Origin: Vulcanimicrobiota bacterium
GTDB lineage: Bacteria > Vulcanimicrobiota > Xenobia > Xenobiales > JADMJV01
NCBI GenBank assembly: GCA_050250895.1
Contig: JBFWNU010000005.1
Coordinates: 32,001-96,000, forward strand
Direction: 5' to 3'
Length of the DNA: 64,000 bases
Shown here: positions 8,372 through 16,866 of the stretch, in pieces
Position numbering within the stretch: position 1 is the stretch's first letter
How the letters are laid out: each line of letters starts with the position of its first letter
Notes under the pieces: generated by a model
The model's input: the letters and a program-made list of their open reading frames with translations, nothing else
Database searches by the model: none
What the model was told of the DNA's origin: nothing
Translations under genes and position numbers: made by a program

Positions 8372-10437
8372 GGGCCCCACCACGACGGTGGGCCATAGAC
8401 CGAGACCCTGGCGGAGTCTATTCTGGACTCGCTGCCGGCCAGGTTGACCCGCTTGAGTGTTTCAAGCGAATAGCTATCGAAAACGATCTCGTCGCTGTCG
8501 GGACTCCAGCAAAAGTCCTCGATCTCGGCCCCGGCCGTGAGCCTGGCCACTGCCTTGCCCGGCCCTGTGGGATTGTCGCCGTTGGCTCGGGTGTAGTAGA
8601 GGTCTTCGTTGTCATAGTCAGTGAAGGCAATAAAGCTGCCATCGGGAGAAAAGCGCGGGTAGGCAGCCTCGAGAGTTGACGGAGTGAGGGGAGTAGCCGG
8701 CGGCAGACCGGTGATGGTGGCGGGCACGTCGATGATATGCACCACCCCGTCGCGAGTGAAAAGCACCTGATCGCCATTGGGGGACCAGGTGGGATATTCG
8801 TCGGCGCTCGAAGCCGGGGAGGCCGGCGGTTGGCTGAGCTGGGCAAAGCCCGTGCCATCGGGTCTGACTCTGCAGATGAAGGACTTTCCGCTGGCCGGCG
8901 AGCGGGTGAAGACGATCCAGTTGCCGGCCGGACTCCACTGGGGGCCATAGTCGTCATGGCCGGCCGGAGGGGTGAGGACCAGGCTGGGGGTGGCCGAGCC
9001 GTCGGCACGCACTTGATGAATGGCGGTCGAGCCGGCCGGAATCTCCATGGCGAAGGTCAGGCGGGTGCTGTCGGGCGACCAGCTGGGCCGGGCCTCGTAG
9101 TCGAGGTAGGTGCCCAAATCGACCAGTTTGCGCAAGCCGCTGCCGTCGTTATTCACCGCCCACACGATCTCGTCGTAGTCGTCGTAAAAGGCGACCTGGC
9201 CGCCGTCAGGCGAAAAGCACGCATAGTCGTGGGCGTGGCCGTCGCCGGGCACCGAAACCACCACCAGGCCGGTGCCGTCGCTATTGCAGATATAGATCTC
9301 GGATTCTTCGTCATCGTCGTTGGGATCCCAACCCGAGAAAGCGATGCGGTGCTTGCGGATGGTCTGGACAACCCCGTTGCTGCCCACCTGGCGGGTGTCT
9401 TCCAGGCCGGCCGGGTCACTCACGTGGCAGGTCAGGGTATAGGTGTCGCCCTGGTTGCTACCCCCCGGCGGGGTCCAGGTCCAGGTTCCCTTCCAGCCCT
9501 GACCGGGCATCCACTCCAAAGCGTTGGGCGAGGCCGCCGAGAAGCGTCCTCCTGTGCCGGTCCAGCGCACGCTCAGGGGATCTCCATCGGGATCGTTGGC
9601 GACCACCGTCAAAGTGAGATAACCGTCGCGGGTGATCAGCGAACTGACGCCCGAGGGCAAGGCCAGCGGCTCGGGCTCGACCACCACGTCGACAATAGCC
9701 GGGGCCGAGTTGCCTCCTGCGGGCAGCGGTCGCGCCGGGGGAACAGCCGGCATGGCCAACCGCGGAGATTGGGGCACCACCAGACCGGCCGCGCCGGGAC
9801 GCACCTCGACCTTGCCGGTGGCGCTGATGTGGATCGAGTAAGGCTGGCTGAGCGCCGTCGGCGCGAAATAGCGCAAGCTGGTGGGCAAGCTGCCGCCCGG
9901 GTCGGCGGTGGGGCTGTACTCCACCCCGTGCGAACTCAGCAGAATGAACGCATCGCCGAAGAAAGGAAGTCCATTGCTGGTGGCCTCGCCTGAGGGGGTG
10001 AAGATGACCGCGTAGTCTTCAGGCGCCGGTGGGCTCCACAGGCTGGGGTCAAAGCTGCCCAGATTGGAGCCTGTCCCGGCCTGATCCCGGCTGGCCGCGC
10101 CCCAGACTCCGACGAAGACACAAGCATCGGGATAGTGGTTCTGAAACTGAACCGAGCGCACCACCCGGGGCGCTTCGGGTCCTTCCAGCAGATAGAGCGA
10201 TTGACTATGAGCGGCCGCGCCAGCATTACTGGGAAAGGCCACCGCCACGGGGGTCTGGCGGCTAATGGCTTGCTGCCGAGCAGCGCGCAACTCTTCGGCC
10301 ACCTCCTCGGCCAGGCCCCGCGTCTGGGCCGTGGCCCGACTGCTGCGCAAGCTCATTAGCCCGAAGCTGGCCGTCAGGGCTACCAGCAGCATGGCCAGAG
10401 CCAACTCCAAAAGACTGAATCCGCGTCGGGCCCTCAT
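8368..10437 (-). CDS. Large prepilin-type protein (FimT/GspH-like N-terminus, Ig-like domain, TolB/PD40 beta-propeller)
   Basis: RRGFSLLELAL, LRAARQQAISRQTPV, DPDGDPL, repeated PxWSPDG motifs. Confidence 0.85.
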   Translation of the reverse strand: MRARRGFSLLELALAMLLVALTASFGLMSLRSSRATAQTRGLAEEVAEELRAARQQAISRQTPVAVAFPSNAGAAAHSQSLYLLEGPEAPRVVRSVQFQNHYPDACVFVGVWGAASRDQAGTGSNLGSFDPSLWSPPAPEDYAVIFTPSGEATSNGLPFFGDAFILLSSHGVEYSPTADPGGSLPTSLRYFAPTALSQPYSIHISATGKVEVRPGAAGLVVPQSPRLAMPAVPPARPLPAGGNSAPAIVDVVVEPEPLALPSGVSSLITRDGYLTLTVVANDPDGDPLSVRWTGTGGRFSAASPNALEWMPGQGWKGTWTWTPPGGSNQGDTYTLTCHVSDPAGLEDTRQVGSNGVVQTIRKHRIAFSGWDPNDDDEESEIYICNSDGTGLVVVSVPGDGHAHDYACFSPDGGQVAFYDDYDEIVWAVNNDGSGLRKLVDLGTYLDYEARPSWSPDSTRLTFAMEIPAGSTAIHQVRADGSATPSLVLTPPAGHDDYGPQWSPAGNWIVFTRSPASGKSFICRVRPDGTGFAQLSQPPASPASSADEYPTWSPNGDQVLFTRDGVVHIIDVPATITGLPPATPLTPSTLEAAYPRFSPDGSFIAFTDYDNEDLYYTRANGDNPTGPGKAVARLTAGAEIEDFCWSPDSDEIVFDSYSLETLKRVNLAGSESRIDSARVSVYGPPSWWGP

Positions 10438-11159
10438 CGGTGCCGCCTTCTACGATCGTGTCGCTTGGGTTGGTGGCGGTCGTGGCGCGGCCGCGCACTG
10501 GTGGTTGCCGCTGAGTAGGCTGGCTCGTAGTGCCGCGGTCGGTTGCGCGAGCCCTGTTCGGGCGGAGGGTCGACGTCGAGGGGTTGGCCCACAGCCTGGG
10601 TTGGCGCGGCCTGGACCAACTGGTTGGACCGCACTCGCCAGCGCTTGGGGCCAAGGCTTAGCTCGAGGTGATAGCGCCCGGCCGGCCGGTGGGTGGCCAC
10701 CTCCACGGGAACTTCGAAGGTTCCCGTCTGGGGGTCGACCTCGGCCGCCACTTCGTAGGGCAGCTCGGGAAACACGACATGCACCTGCAGATCCGCCTGA
10801 GGCTTTTCGACCCGGCCCACCACCACCGTCTTGAGTTCGTCGGGTGGAGCAACGACCGGTTTGGGCTCACTACCACTGGTCAGCCAACGCAAGATTGACA
10901 CCAGGCAGACCAGGCCCACCATGGCCGTGGCCAGCTTGTAGGAGTCGGGCATGGGTCCGCGAGGCCGTGGCAAGACCCTGGGTGGGGTAGGTGCAGGTGA
11001 GGGAGCGGCCGCGATGGCGTCGAGGGGTGACTTGGAAATCTGCTCGATGGTGAACTTACGCGAGCGCAGGGCCGTCTCGGCGGATGCCAAACTGGAGGCT
11101 TCAATAGCCCCTCTACGTTGCCGTCCCTGGCTATCGCGCACCAAATAGTAGAATCGCAA
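10434..11159 (-). CDS. Membrane protein carrying a PilC N-terminal-like module
   Basis: FYYLVRDSQGRQRRGAIEASSLASAETALRSRK, then a Pro linker, one TM helix and a beta-rich domain; ORF open to 11207. Confidence 0.7.
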   Translation of the reverse strand: MRFYYLVRDSQGRQRRGAIEASSLASAETALRSRKFTIEQISKSPLDAIAAAPSPAPTPPRVLPRPRGPMPDSYKLATAMVGLVCLVSILRWLTSGSEPKPVVAPPDELKTVVVGRVEKPQADLQVHVVFPELPYEVAAEVDPQTGTFEVPVEVATHRPAGRYHLELSLGPKRWRVRSNQLVQAAPTQAVGQPLDVDPPPEQGSRNRPRHYEPAYSAATTSARPRHDRHQPKRHDRRRRHR

Positions 11160-11210
11160 TGGGTGCCCCTGCCTTTTCAGGATACCACGCGAAACCTCTA
11201 CCAGCAAACG

Positions 11211-11744
11211 CTAGCCGGCGTACTTCAGTCGTTCGCCCACCAGCTCCAGGCTATGGAGCAGCAGGTTGTTGCCCTGGCGCAGCTGGTCGAACGCCCCCAC
11301 GAGCCGGTCGAGTTCCTCGGACTCGGAGTCGAAAAACTCGCGGAATCCGCCGCACCCTCGATCGTAGTGGGTCAGCCCTCGGGCCAGCATGCTGGCCACC
11401 CGGCTGTGAAAGTCGTCATCCAACCCCTGGCGCTCGAGGCTGTCGAGCAGGCTCAACATCTCGGGCACGGTAGAGTCTTCAAACTCGACCAGTCGCTCGC
11501 TCATCATCTGAGCGTGCTCATGCAACTCTTCAAAGGCGTCCTCGCCGTCGAGACAGGCATCCACCAGAGTGGCGAGCTCGGTGATATACTCTGTTTCGTA
11601 ATTGACCCTCGGGGCGGGAAAGTCTCCGCCCGACAGACTGGCCATCAGGTGACCGTCCCGCGGAAGGTTCAAGAGATAGTGGTCACAGTGGGGACAGTAG
11701 CGCAGCCCGGGGGTGGTGGCACAGCATAGAACGCAATACTTCAA
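11211..11744 (-). CDS. Hypothetical protein with N-terminal zinc ribbon
   Basis: CxxC...CxxC followed by an acidic helical domain; overlaps the glpD stop. Confidence 0.7.
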   Translation of the reverse strand: MKYCVLCCATTPGLRYCPHCDHYLLNLPRDGHLMASLSGGDFPAPRVNYETEYITELATLVDACLDGEDAFEELHEHAQMMSERLVEFEDSTVPEMLSLLDSLERQGLDDDFHSRVASMLARGLTHYDRGCGGFREFFDSESEELDRLVGAFDQLRQGNNLLLHSLELVGERLKYAG

Positions 11745-13705
11745 GCCAGATTATTTCGGGCATAAAACGCCTGGGCCTGCTCCAGCTCTTTGGCCTTCTG
11801 CTGGTCGCTCCAGCCGAGCGTCTCGGCCATCAGGTCGACGGTGCGCGGTAGAGCCCTCACGGTGGCCTTCTCGTCGATAAATGACAGGCGAGTGCGGCGC
11901 GAGAGCACGTCCACGGCCGTGGTGGCGTACTCGTGCTTGCAGGCGTAGACCACTTCGGCTTCGAGATAGGGATGCGTCGGAGCCAGCCGCTCGCCCAGTC
12001 CGTCCTTGGCCAGGTCGGCTACGGCCAGGGCCCGGTCCCCGTAATTGTGAGCCAGGTGGTCGGCCACGTCATGGGGCAGCCCATAGCTTTGCTCCAGTTG
12101 ACCCGTCAGTGATTCCGAGAAGCCATGGGCACCGATCAACTTGGCGCTGGCCCGCTGCGAAGGCTGGGCCTCGAGATGGCCGTGCTCGACCGCTTCCTGG
12201 ACCACTTCTTCGCCCATCCGTCCAAAGCTGGTCCACTTGCCGCCGCCGATGGTGATCAGGCCTGAATCCGACACGTCGATGATATGCTTGCGCGAAATCG
12301 ACGCGGTGGCGCCCGGCTTGACCTTCTCGTGGGGGTCGCGCACCAGGGGACGGATGCCCGTCCACACCGAGGTGACGTCGCTGCGGCCGATCTGTTGCTC
12401 GGGGTCGAGGTAGCCGTTGGCCAGGTCGATGAGATACTTGACGTGCTCTTCGCTGGTGCGGGGCTCGGTGGTGATTTCGGTCTTCTCTTCGGTGGTGCCG
12501 ATGAGGGTGCCGCCTTCGAAAGGCTTGAAGAAAGCCACGCTGCCGTTGGGAGCCTCGGGAACCAACAGACCTTCGCGCATCTTGAGCTTGTCGACGAACA
12601 CGTGGGTGCCGGCACTGGGCACTACCAGTTCCGGCGTCTGTGGATCGTCCATCTTGCGAATGCCGTCGATGAAGGGGCCGGTGGCGTTGATCACCGTCTT
12701 GGCCCGCACCGTGAAGGTCTCGTCGCTGCGGGTGTCCTGCACGCGGGCGCCGACGACCTTGCCATCCTCTTTGACCAGGTCCAACACCTTGACGTAGTTG
12801 GCCACGGCGGCCCCGTGGGCCGCAGCCGTGGTGGCCAGGCCGACATTCATGCGCGAGTCGTTGAACTGTCCATCCGAGTAGGCCACCCCGCCGCGCAGAC
12901 CCTCCGACTTGACCTCGGGCAGCCGCTCTTTGACGGCGCTGGCCGAGAGCATTTTGGTGGCTTCGAGCCCGGCCTGTCCGGCGATGCGGTCATACAGCCA
13001 AAGGCCGGCGTAAAAGTAGGGCAACTCGGCGTAAGAGTAGACCGGGGTGATCAGGCGAATCTCGTCGGTCAGATGAGGAGCCATTTCCAGGAACGCTTTG
13101 CGCTCGTGCAGGCCTTCTTTGACCAGGCCGTATTGCTCGGCGTCGAGCTTCTTGACCGCCTTCTCCAGATAGCGAACCCCGCCGTGAATCAGCTTGGTGC
13201 TCTTGCTGGAGGTTCCCGAGGCGAAGTCGCCGGCTTCGACACAGGCAACCTTTAGCCCACGACGGGCCGCCTCGAGGGTGGCCCCGGCGCCGGTGGCCCC
13301 GCCGCCGATGACCAGTACGTCGAACTCTTCGCCGGACTTGAGGCGGTCGAGTTGCTCGGTGCGGGTGGGAACGACCCAGTTCTGCTCGGGCATCTGACGA
13401 ATTTCGTCGAGACTAAATTGCTTGGGGGCTGGGGGAGCCGCGGGGGCAGTGGCGGCTGCGATGGCCGCGCCCGCGATTGCTCCTACTGCGGCTGCTCCCA
13501 CCTGGCCTACCCAGCCGAGCTGTGAAAGCAAGGCGCTGGCGGCCAATCCGGTGGCCCCACCAAGGGTAGCTCCGGTGAGCAGCCGAGGGGTGCTGGGACG
13601 ACTGCCCAGGCTGACCTGGTCGGTCGGCTGAGTGGCTGGCTGGCTGCTGGCCGCGGCCGGTCGGTAGGTGGGAACCTGGCTATTGAGAAGAGCTTGGACT
13701 TTCAC
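11741..13705 (-). CDS. glpD: FAD-dependent glycerol-3-phosphate dehydrogenase with ~100-aa N-terminal extension
   Basis: FDVLVIGGGATGAG, DFASGTSSKSTKLIHGGVRYL, VINATGP, GIRPLV, GGKWT, C-terminal DAO_C (EAEVVYA...DVLSRRTRL). Confidence 0.92.
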   Translation of the reverse strand: MKVQALLNSQVPTYRPAAASSQPATQPTDQVSLGSRPSTPRLLTGATLGGATGLAASALLSQLGWVGQVGAAAVGAIAGAAIAAATAPAAPPAPKQFSLDEIRQMPEQNWVVPTRTEQLDRLKSGEEFDVLVIGGGATGAGATLEAARRGLKVACVEAGDFASGTSSKSTKLIHGGVRYLEKAVKKLDAEQYGLVKEGLHERKAFLEMAPHLTDEIRLITPVYSYAELPYFYAGLWLYDRIAGQAGLEATKMLSASAVKERLPEVKSEGLRGGVAYSDGQFNDSRMNVGLATTAAAHGAAVANYVKVLDLVKEDGKVVGARVQDTRSDETFTVRAKTVINATGPFIDGIRKMDDPQTPELVVPSAGTHVFVDKLKMREGLLVPEAPNGSVAFFKPFEGGTLIGTTEEKTEITTEPRTSEEHVKYLIDLANGYLDPEQQIGRSDVTSVWTGIRPLVRDPHEKVKPGATASISRKHIIDVSDSGLITIGGGKWTSFGRMGEEVVQEAVEHGHLEAQPSQRASAKLIGAHGFSESLTGQLEQSYGLPHDVADHLAHNYGDRALAVADLAKDGLGERLAPTHPYLEAEVVYACKHEYATTAVDVLSRRTRLSFIDEKATVRALPRTVDLMAETLGWSDQQKAKELEQAQAFYARNNLA

Positions 13706-13711
13706 TTCCCC

Positions 13712-13737
13712 AGTCTAGCCGGCTGGCCTGAAAAAAA
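13712..13737 (-). promoter_or_regulatory. Leaderless promoter, motif TTTTTTTCAGGCCAGCCGGCTAGACT
   Basis: -10-like TAGACT lies 6 nt before the GTG start; near-identical to 15245..15270. Confidence 0.6.
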
Positions 13738-13744
13738 TCTGGAC

Positions 13745-13815
13745 CTACGGCTCCAACACCCGGAGAAAGTCGAAGAGAGCGAAGTCGCGCTGGTTGAAAG
13801 TTGCGAGATGATCAT
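13745..13815 (-). pseudogene. Remnant of a PIN-domain (VapC-like) toxin
   Basis: ATG overlaps the antitoxin stop (ATGA); a shifted frame reads DHLATFNQRDFALFDFLRVLEP*, a typical PIN C-terminus; the body of the gene is missing. Confidence 0.6.
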
Positions 13816-14042
13816 CGCTCCAGCATCTCGTCCATCAATTCGGCGCGAGTCCAGTCCTGGAGGAGCGGGCCAGATTCGTGGGCCTCCAGAGCCAGCAAAG
13901 AGCCCTCGGTTCGGCGACTCTCTCGTAGATAGCGGGACATTGCCTCACGGATGAGCTCGGCAACCGGGCGACCCAGGCGAGCAGAAAGCGATTTGAACTC
14001 TTGGTAATCGCGCTCTCCGACATAGATCGATATGGGTTTCAT
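13812..14042 (-). CDS. Ribbon-helix-helix (CopG/VapB-like) antitoxin
   Basis: MKPISIYV...FKSLSARLGRPVAELIREAMSRYL; TACCAT -10 lies 6 nt before the ATG at 14042. Confidence 0.8.
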   Translation of the reverse strand: MKPISIYVGERDYQEFKSLSARLGRPVAELIREAMSRYLRESRRTEGSLLALEAHESGPLLQDWTRAELMDEMLER

Positions 14043-14074
14043 ATATCGATGGTATCGGTCCAGGACCCTCGATG

Positions 14075-15238
14075 TCAACGCGACCGAGCAGAAATCTCCT
14101 CGGCCAACCTGGCCAGATAGTCGAGGATGAAGGCTTCCGACATTCCCACCCCGCCAAACATTGGTTGGGCCGCTTTGGCCAGGCTTTCGTCGAGAGCCTC
14201 GGCCTGGCGAGCCACGGTGTCCATGGTCTTGACCGCGTTGACCGGGTCGACGGCTTTGGGTGAGGCTGTCTCACCGCTGAGCATGGTGGCGCTGGCTCCC
14301 GAGCGCACGGCGAAATGCACGTTGGCTACGTCACTGCGGGCCGGGCTGGTGGAAAACTCCAGGTTCTCCATCATCTCGGTGGCGTCGATGACCGGCTTGC
14401 CGCGCAGTTTGCACAGGTTGATGGTCAGCTCTTCGAGCACGGCAATTTTGGTCATGTCGGTGTTACTGCCCCAGTCGCCGCGAGGCACCATCACCACGTC
14501 GGCCTCGTCGACAATTTCGGAAAGGTTGCGAAGCCCCGAGATGTCCTCGGGCTTGGCCACGATGATGGGATCGTAACCCAACCGACGAGCCTCTTCGCGC
14601 ACCAGGCGAAGGTGGCCGGCATCGCGCACGTTGGAAACCGCCAGCATGTCGGCCTTGACCTCGGCCGCCCAGGCCAGACGCTCCGCGTCATCCTGAGGAA
14701 AGAGCGGCAGGTCGAGAGCGGCGCCGGGCACACTGATGCCGGCCTTCTCGGTGAGGGTGCCCCCGCGGGTCACCTGGCAGACCAGCTGCCCGTCGTTTTT
14801 CTCCACCACTTCCATGGCGATCTTGCGGTCTTTGAGAAACACCGTCTGCCCCGGCTCGAGGTCGGTCAGAATGGCCTGCTGGCTGACTTCGACTCCGTCT
14901 CGACCGAGCACGAACTTCTGTCCCTCTTGCAGCTCGACCGAGCCGCCCGGCAGTTTGCCGATACGCACCCGCGGTCCCGGCAGGTCGGCCAGGATGGCCA
15001 CCTGCTTGCCGGTTTCCTGGCTGGCCCGCCGGAAGGTGTCGGCTGCCTGGAGGGTCCACTCGTGGCTGGCGTGGGAAAGGTTGAAGCGAGCCACATCCAA
15101 CCCCGCCTCGAGCTGGGCCGTCGCCTGGTCATAGCTATCCGAGTTGGGACCCTGGGTGGCCACAACGCGAGTGCGGGCCTCTCCCGGGGCGGGAGGGTCG
15201 AGGAAGAGGTGGCGGGCTCTCTGGGCGGGTGTGATCAC
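14075..15238 (-). CDS. pyk: Pyruvate kinase-like protein (barrel and B domain, no C domain, divergent motifs)
   Basis: TRVVATQGP, ARFNLSH, DLPGPRVR, MVPRGDWG, KPVIDATEMMENL, MLSGETA. Confidence 0.8.
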   Translation of the reverse strand: MITPAQRARHLFLDPPAPGEARTRVVATQGPNSDSYDQATAQLEAGLDVARFNLSHASHEWTLQAADTFRRASQETGKQVAILADLPGPRVRIGKLPGGSVELQEGQKFVLGRDGVEVSQQAILTDLEPGQTVFLKDRKIAMEVVEKNDGQLVCQVTRGGTLTEKAGISVPGAALDLPLFPQDDAERLAWAAEVKADMLAVSNVRDAGHLRLVREEARRLGYDPIIVAKPEDISGLRNLSEIVDEADVVMVPRGDWGSNTDMTKIAVLEELTINLCKLRGKPVIDATEMMENLEFSTSPARSDVANVHFAVRSGASATMLSGETASPKAVDPVNAVKTMDTVARQAEALDESLAKAAQPMFGGVGMSEAFILDYLARLAEEISARSR

Positions 15239-15244
15239 CTGACC

Positions 15245-15270
15245 AGGTTAGCCGGTCGGCCTGAAAAAAA
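15245..15270 (-). promoter_or_regulatory. Leaderless promoter, motif TTTTTTTCAGGCCGACCGGCTAACCT
   Basis: TAACCT lies 6 nt before the GTG start; near-identical to 13712..13737. Confidence 0.6.
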
Positions 15271-15302
15271 GCTAAGAGGCCGCGAGGGGCGAACTCGTTG
15301 GT

Positions 15303-16154
15303 ATGAAAAGAGATTTCTCCGAAGCCCTCAAGCAAGCGCTGGCTGCGGCCGTGACCACAGCCAGGGGCGGCAGCGTCCACTCGGGTCACCTGCTGGCCGG
15401 GTTGCTCCAGTTTCCCCGCACCAAGGCCGCCCGTATCCTGACCTGCCTGGGCCTGACCCAGGCGCGCCTCGAGGAACTCGAGGTGAGCGAGGACGGCGCT
15501 CCGGGCGACTTCACCCGACCGGTCCGCCAGGCGATGGCCTCTTTGCCCAACTTTTACCAGGATCGCAAGCTGGCCATCTTCTTCAGCGGCCGCGACGAAG
15601 CGATCTTCCCCGAGCAGCTTGCCTATAGCCTCATTCGCGAGCCCAGTTGCCAGGCGCCCGGCCTGCTCGGCCTCGAGCTCGACCGCTACATGGCCCAGTG
15701 GGAGTGGTTGAGCACTTCGAGCCTCGGCACGATCGGTTCCCGGCGCCGTCGTGGCGGCGAACACTCTGTCGACCTCAAGACCGATGACCTTAACCTCAGG
15801 CTGGCCCTCGACGGTATCCACGAGGGTTTGCAATCGCTCGAAGGCGGTCTCGCCCTTGAGCCCGAGGTCGCCAACCAGTGCCACGAACTACTATCCAGGC
15901 TCCCCGAGGCCTGTGGGCCCATCCTCGACTACCGGCTCACCGCCACCGAGGTGCCACACCTGGAGCGCCTCGACAAGCAAGTTCGCCGCCTGGCCCGGCT
16001 GGCCGACGACCTGAGCCAGGTCGCCGCCAGCCAGGCTCCAGCCGAGATCCGCCAAGCTGCCGATCAGGCCCTGACCGACGCCATCACCCTGCACGACTTG
16101 CTCCTCACCAACCTCAAGCTCGGCTACAACCGCCTCGTGCGCGAATTGGAATGA
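15303..16154 (+). CDS. Clp N-terminal (Clp_N) domain protein without AAA+ module
   Basis: FSEALKQALAAA...VHSGHLLAGLL...AARILTCLG, then a coiled-coil C-terminus. Confidence 0.65.
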   Translation: MKRDFSEALKQALAAAVTTARGGSVHSGHLLAGLLQFPRTKAARILTCLGLTQARLEELEVSEDGAPGDFTRPVRQAMASLPNFYQDRKLAIFFSGRDEAIFPEQLAYSLIREPSCQAPGLLGLELDRYMAQWEWLSTSSLGTIGSRRRRGGEHSVDLKTDDLNLRLALDGIHEGLQSLEGGLALEPEVANQCHELLSRLPEACGPILDYRLTATEVPHLERLDKQVRRLARLADDLSQVAASQAPAEIRQAADQALTDAITLHDLLLTNLKLGYNRLVRELE

Positions 16155-16243
16155 GCGCGGTCGATAAGCATACTTTCAGTCCCGCCGGTTAGGCTGCAAT
16201 TCGTCCGGCCTGGCTTCTCGCAAATTGGAGAAGGCCTCAGAAA

Positions 16244-16804
16244 ATGGAAATCAGACTCAACGACACCGCTCGAGTACGCCTGGGTAAACTCGAGTTCGAA
16301 CACGTCAAGGACGGAGCCCTCGACGACGGGCTGACCCAGGTTGTCCAGGCTGCTCTGGGCGACAAGGCCATCCTGGGAGTAGAAGACCCCGCCTGGATTC
16401 AGGCTGAAGCCCGGCTGCGCGCCGGAGATTTCCAGGGTCTTGCTTCAGACGGCTGGCAGATCACGCAACAACGCAGCCCCTCATGGCTTGAAGACGGCCA
16501 ACGTCACCAAGAGATTCAACAGGTTTTGAGCCGCTCGGTGGGCAACCGGGAGCAGGTCCAACAGAAGTCGGTGATGACCGTGACCACCGGCACCTTTCAC
16601 TGGGACCGCAAGCACCGGGGAGACGCCCCCGAGGGGGCCGTTCCCGAGCCCTGCGAGTCTCCCAGCCACCGCTACCTCGAGACCTCGGCGGCCGCCGATC
16701 GGGCCAGGGTCGCAGTGGTCCTTTCGGGCCGCGCCGGAGCCTTCGCTCACGAGGCCGTGACCATCCACGGCGAAGAGGCCTTTATCAGTCCTCACCCCCA
16801 ATGA
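16244..16804 (+). CDS. Hypothetical protein
   Basis: GGAGAAGG RBS-like sequence upstream; plausible codon usage. Confidence 0.65.
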   Translation: MEIRLNDTARVRLGKLEFEHVKDGALDDGLTQVVQAALGDKAILGVEDPAWIQAEARLRAGDFQGLASDGWQITQQRSPSWLEDGQRHQEIQQVLSRSVGNREQVQQKSVMTVTTGTFHWDRKHRGDAPEGAVPEPCESPSHRYLETSAAADRARVAVVLSGRAGAFAHEAVTIHGEEAFISPHPQ

Positions 16805-16866
16805 CCCGCCCGGCCGCTGCCAACTCCTTCGCGAGGGCATCGGCTGCAACTATCGAAATCTAGAAC

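Noticed and set aside
15288-15305. GAAcTCgTTGGTATG, similar to GAAtTCcTTGGTATG at 59117-59131
   Set aside because: Only two short instances; cannot be distinguished from chance without a genome-wide scan.
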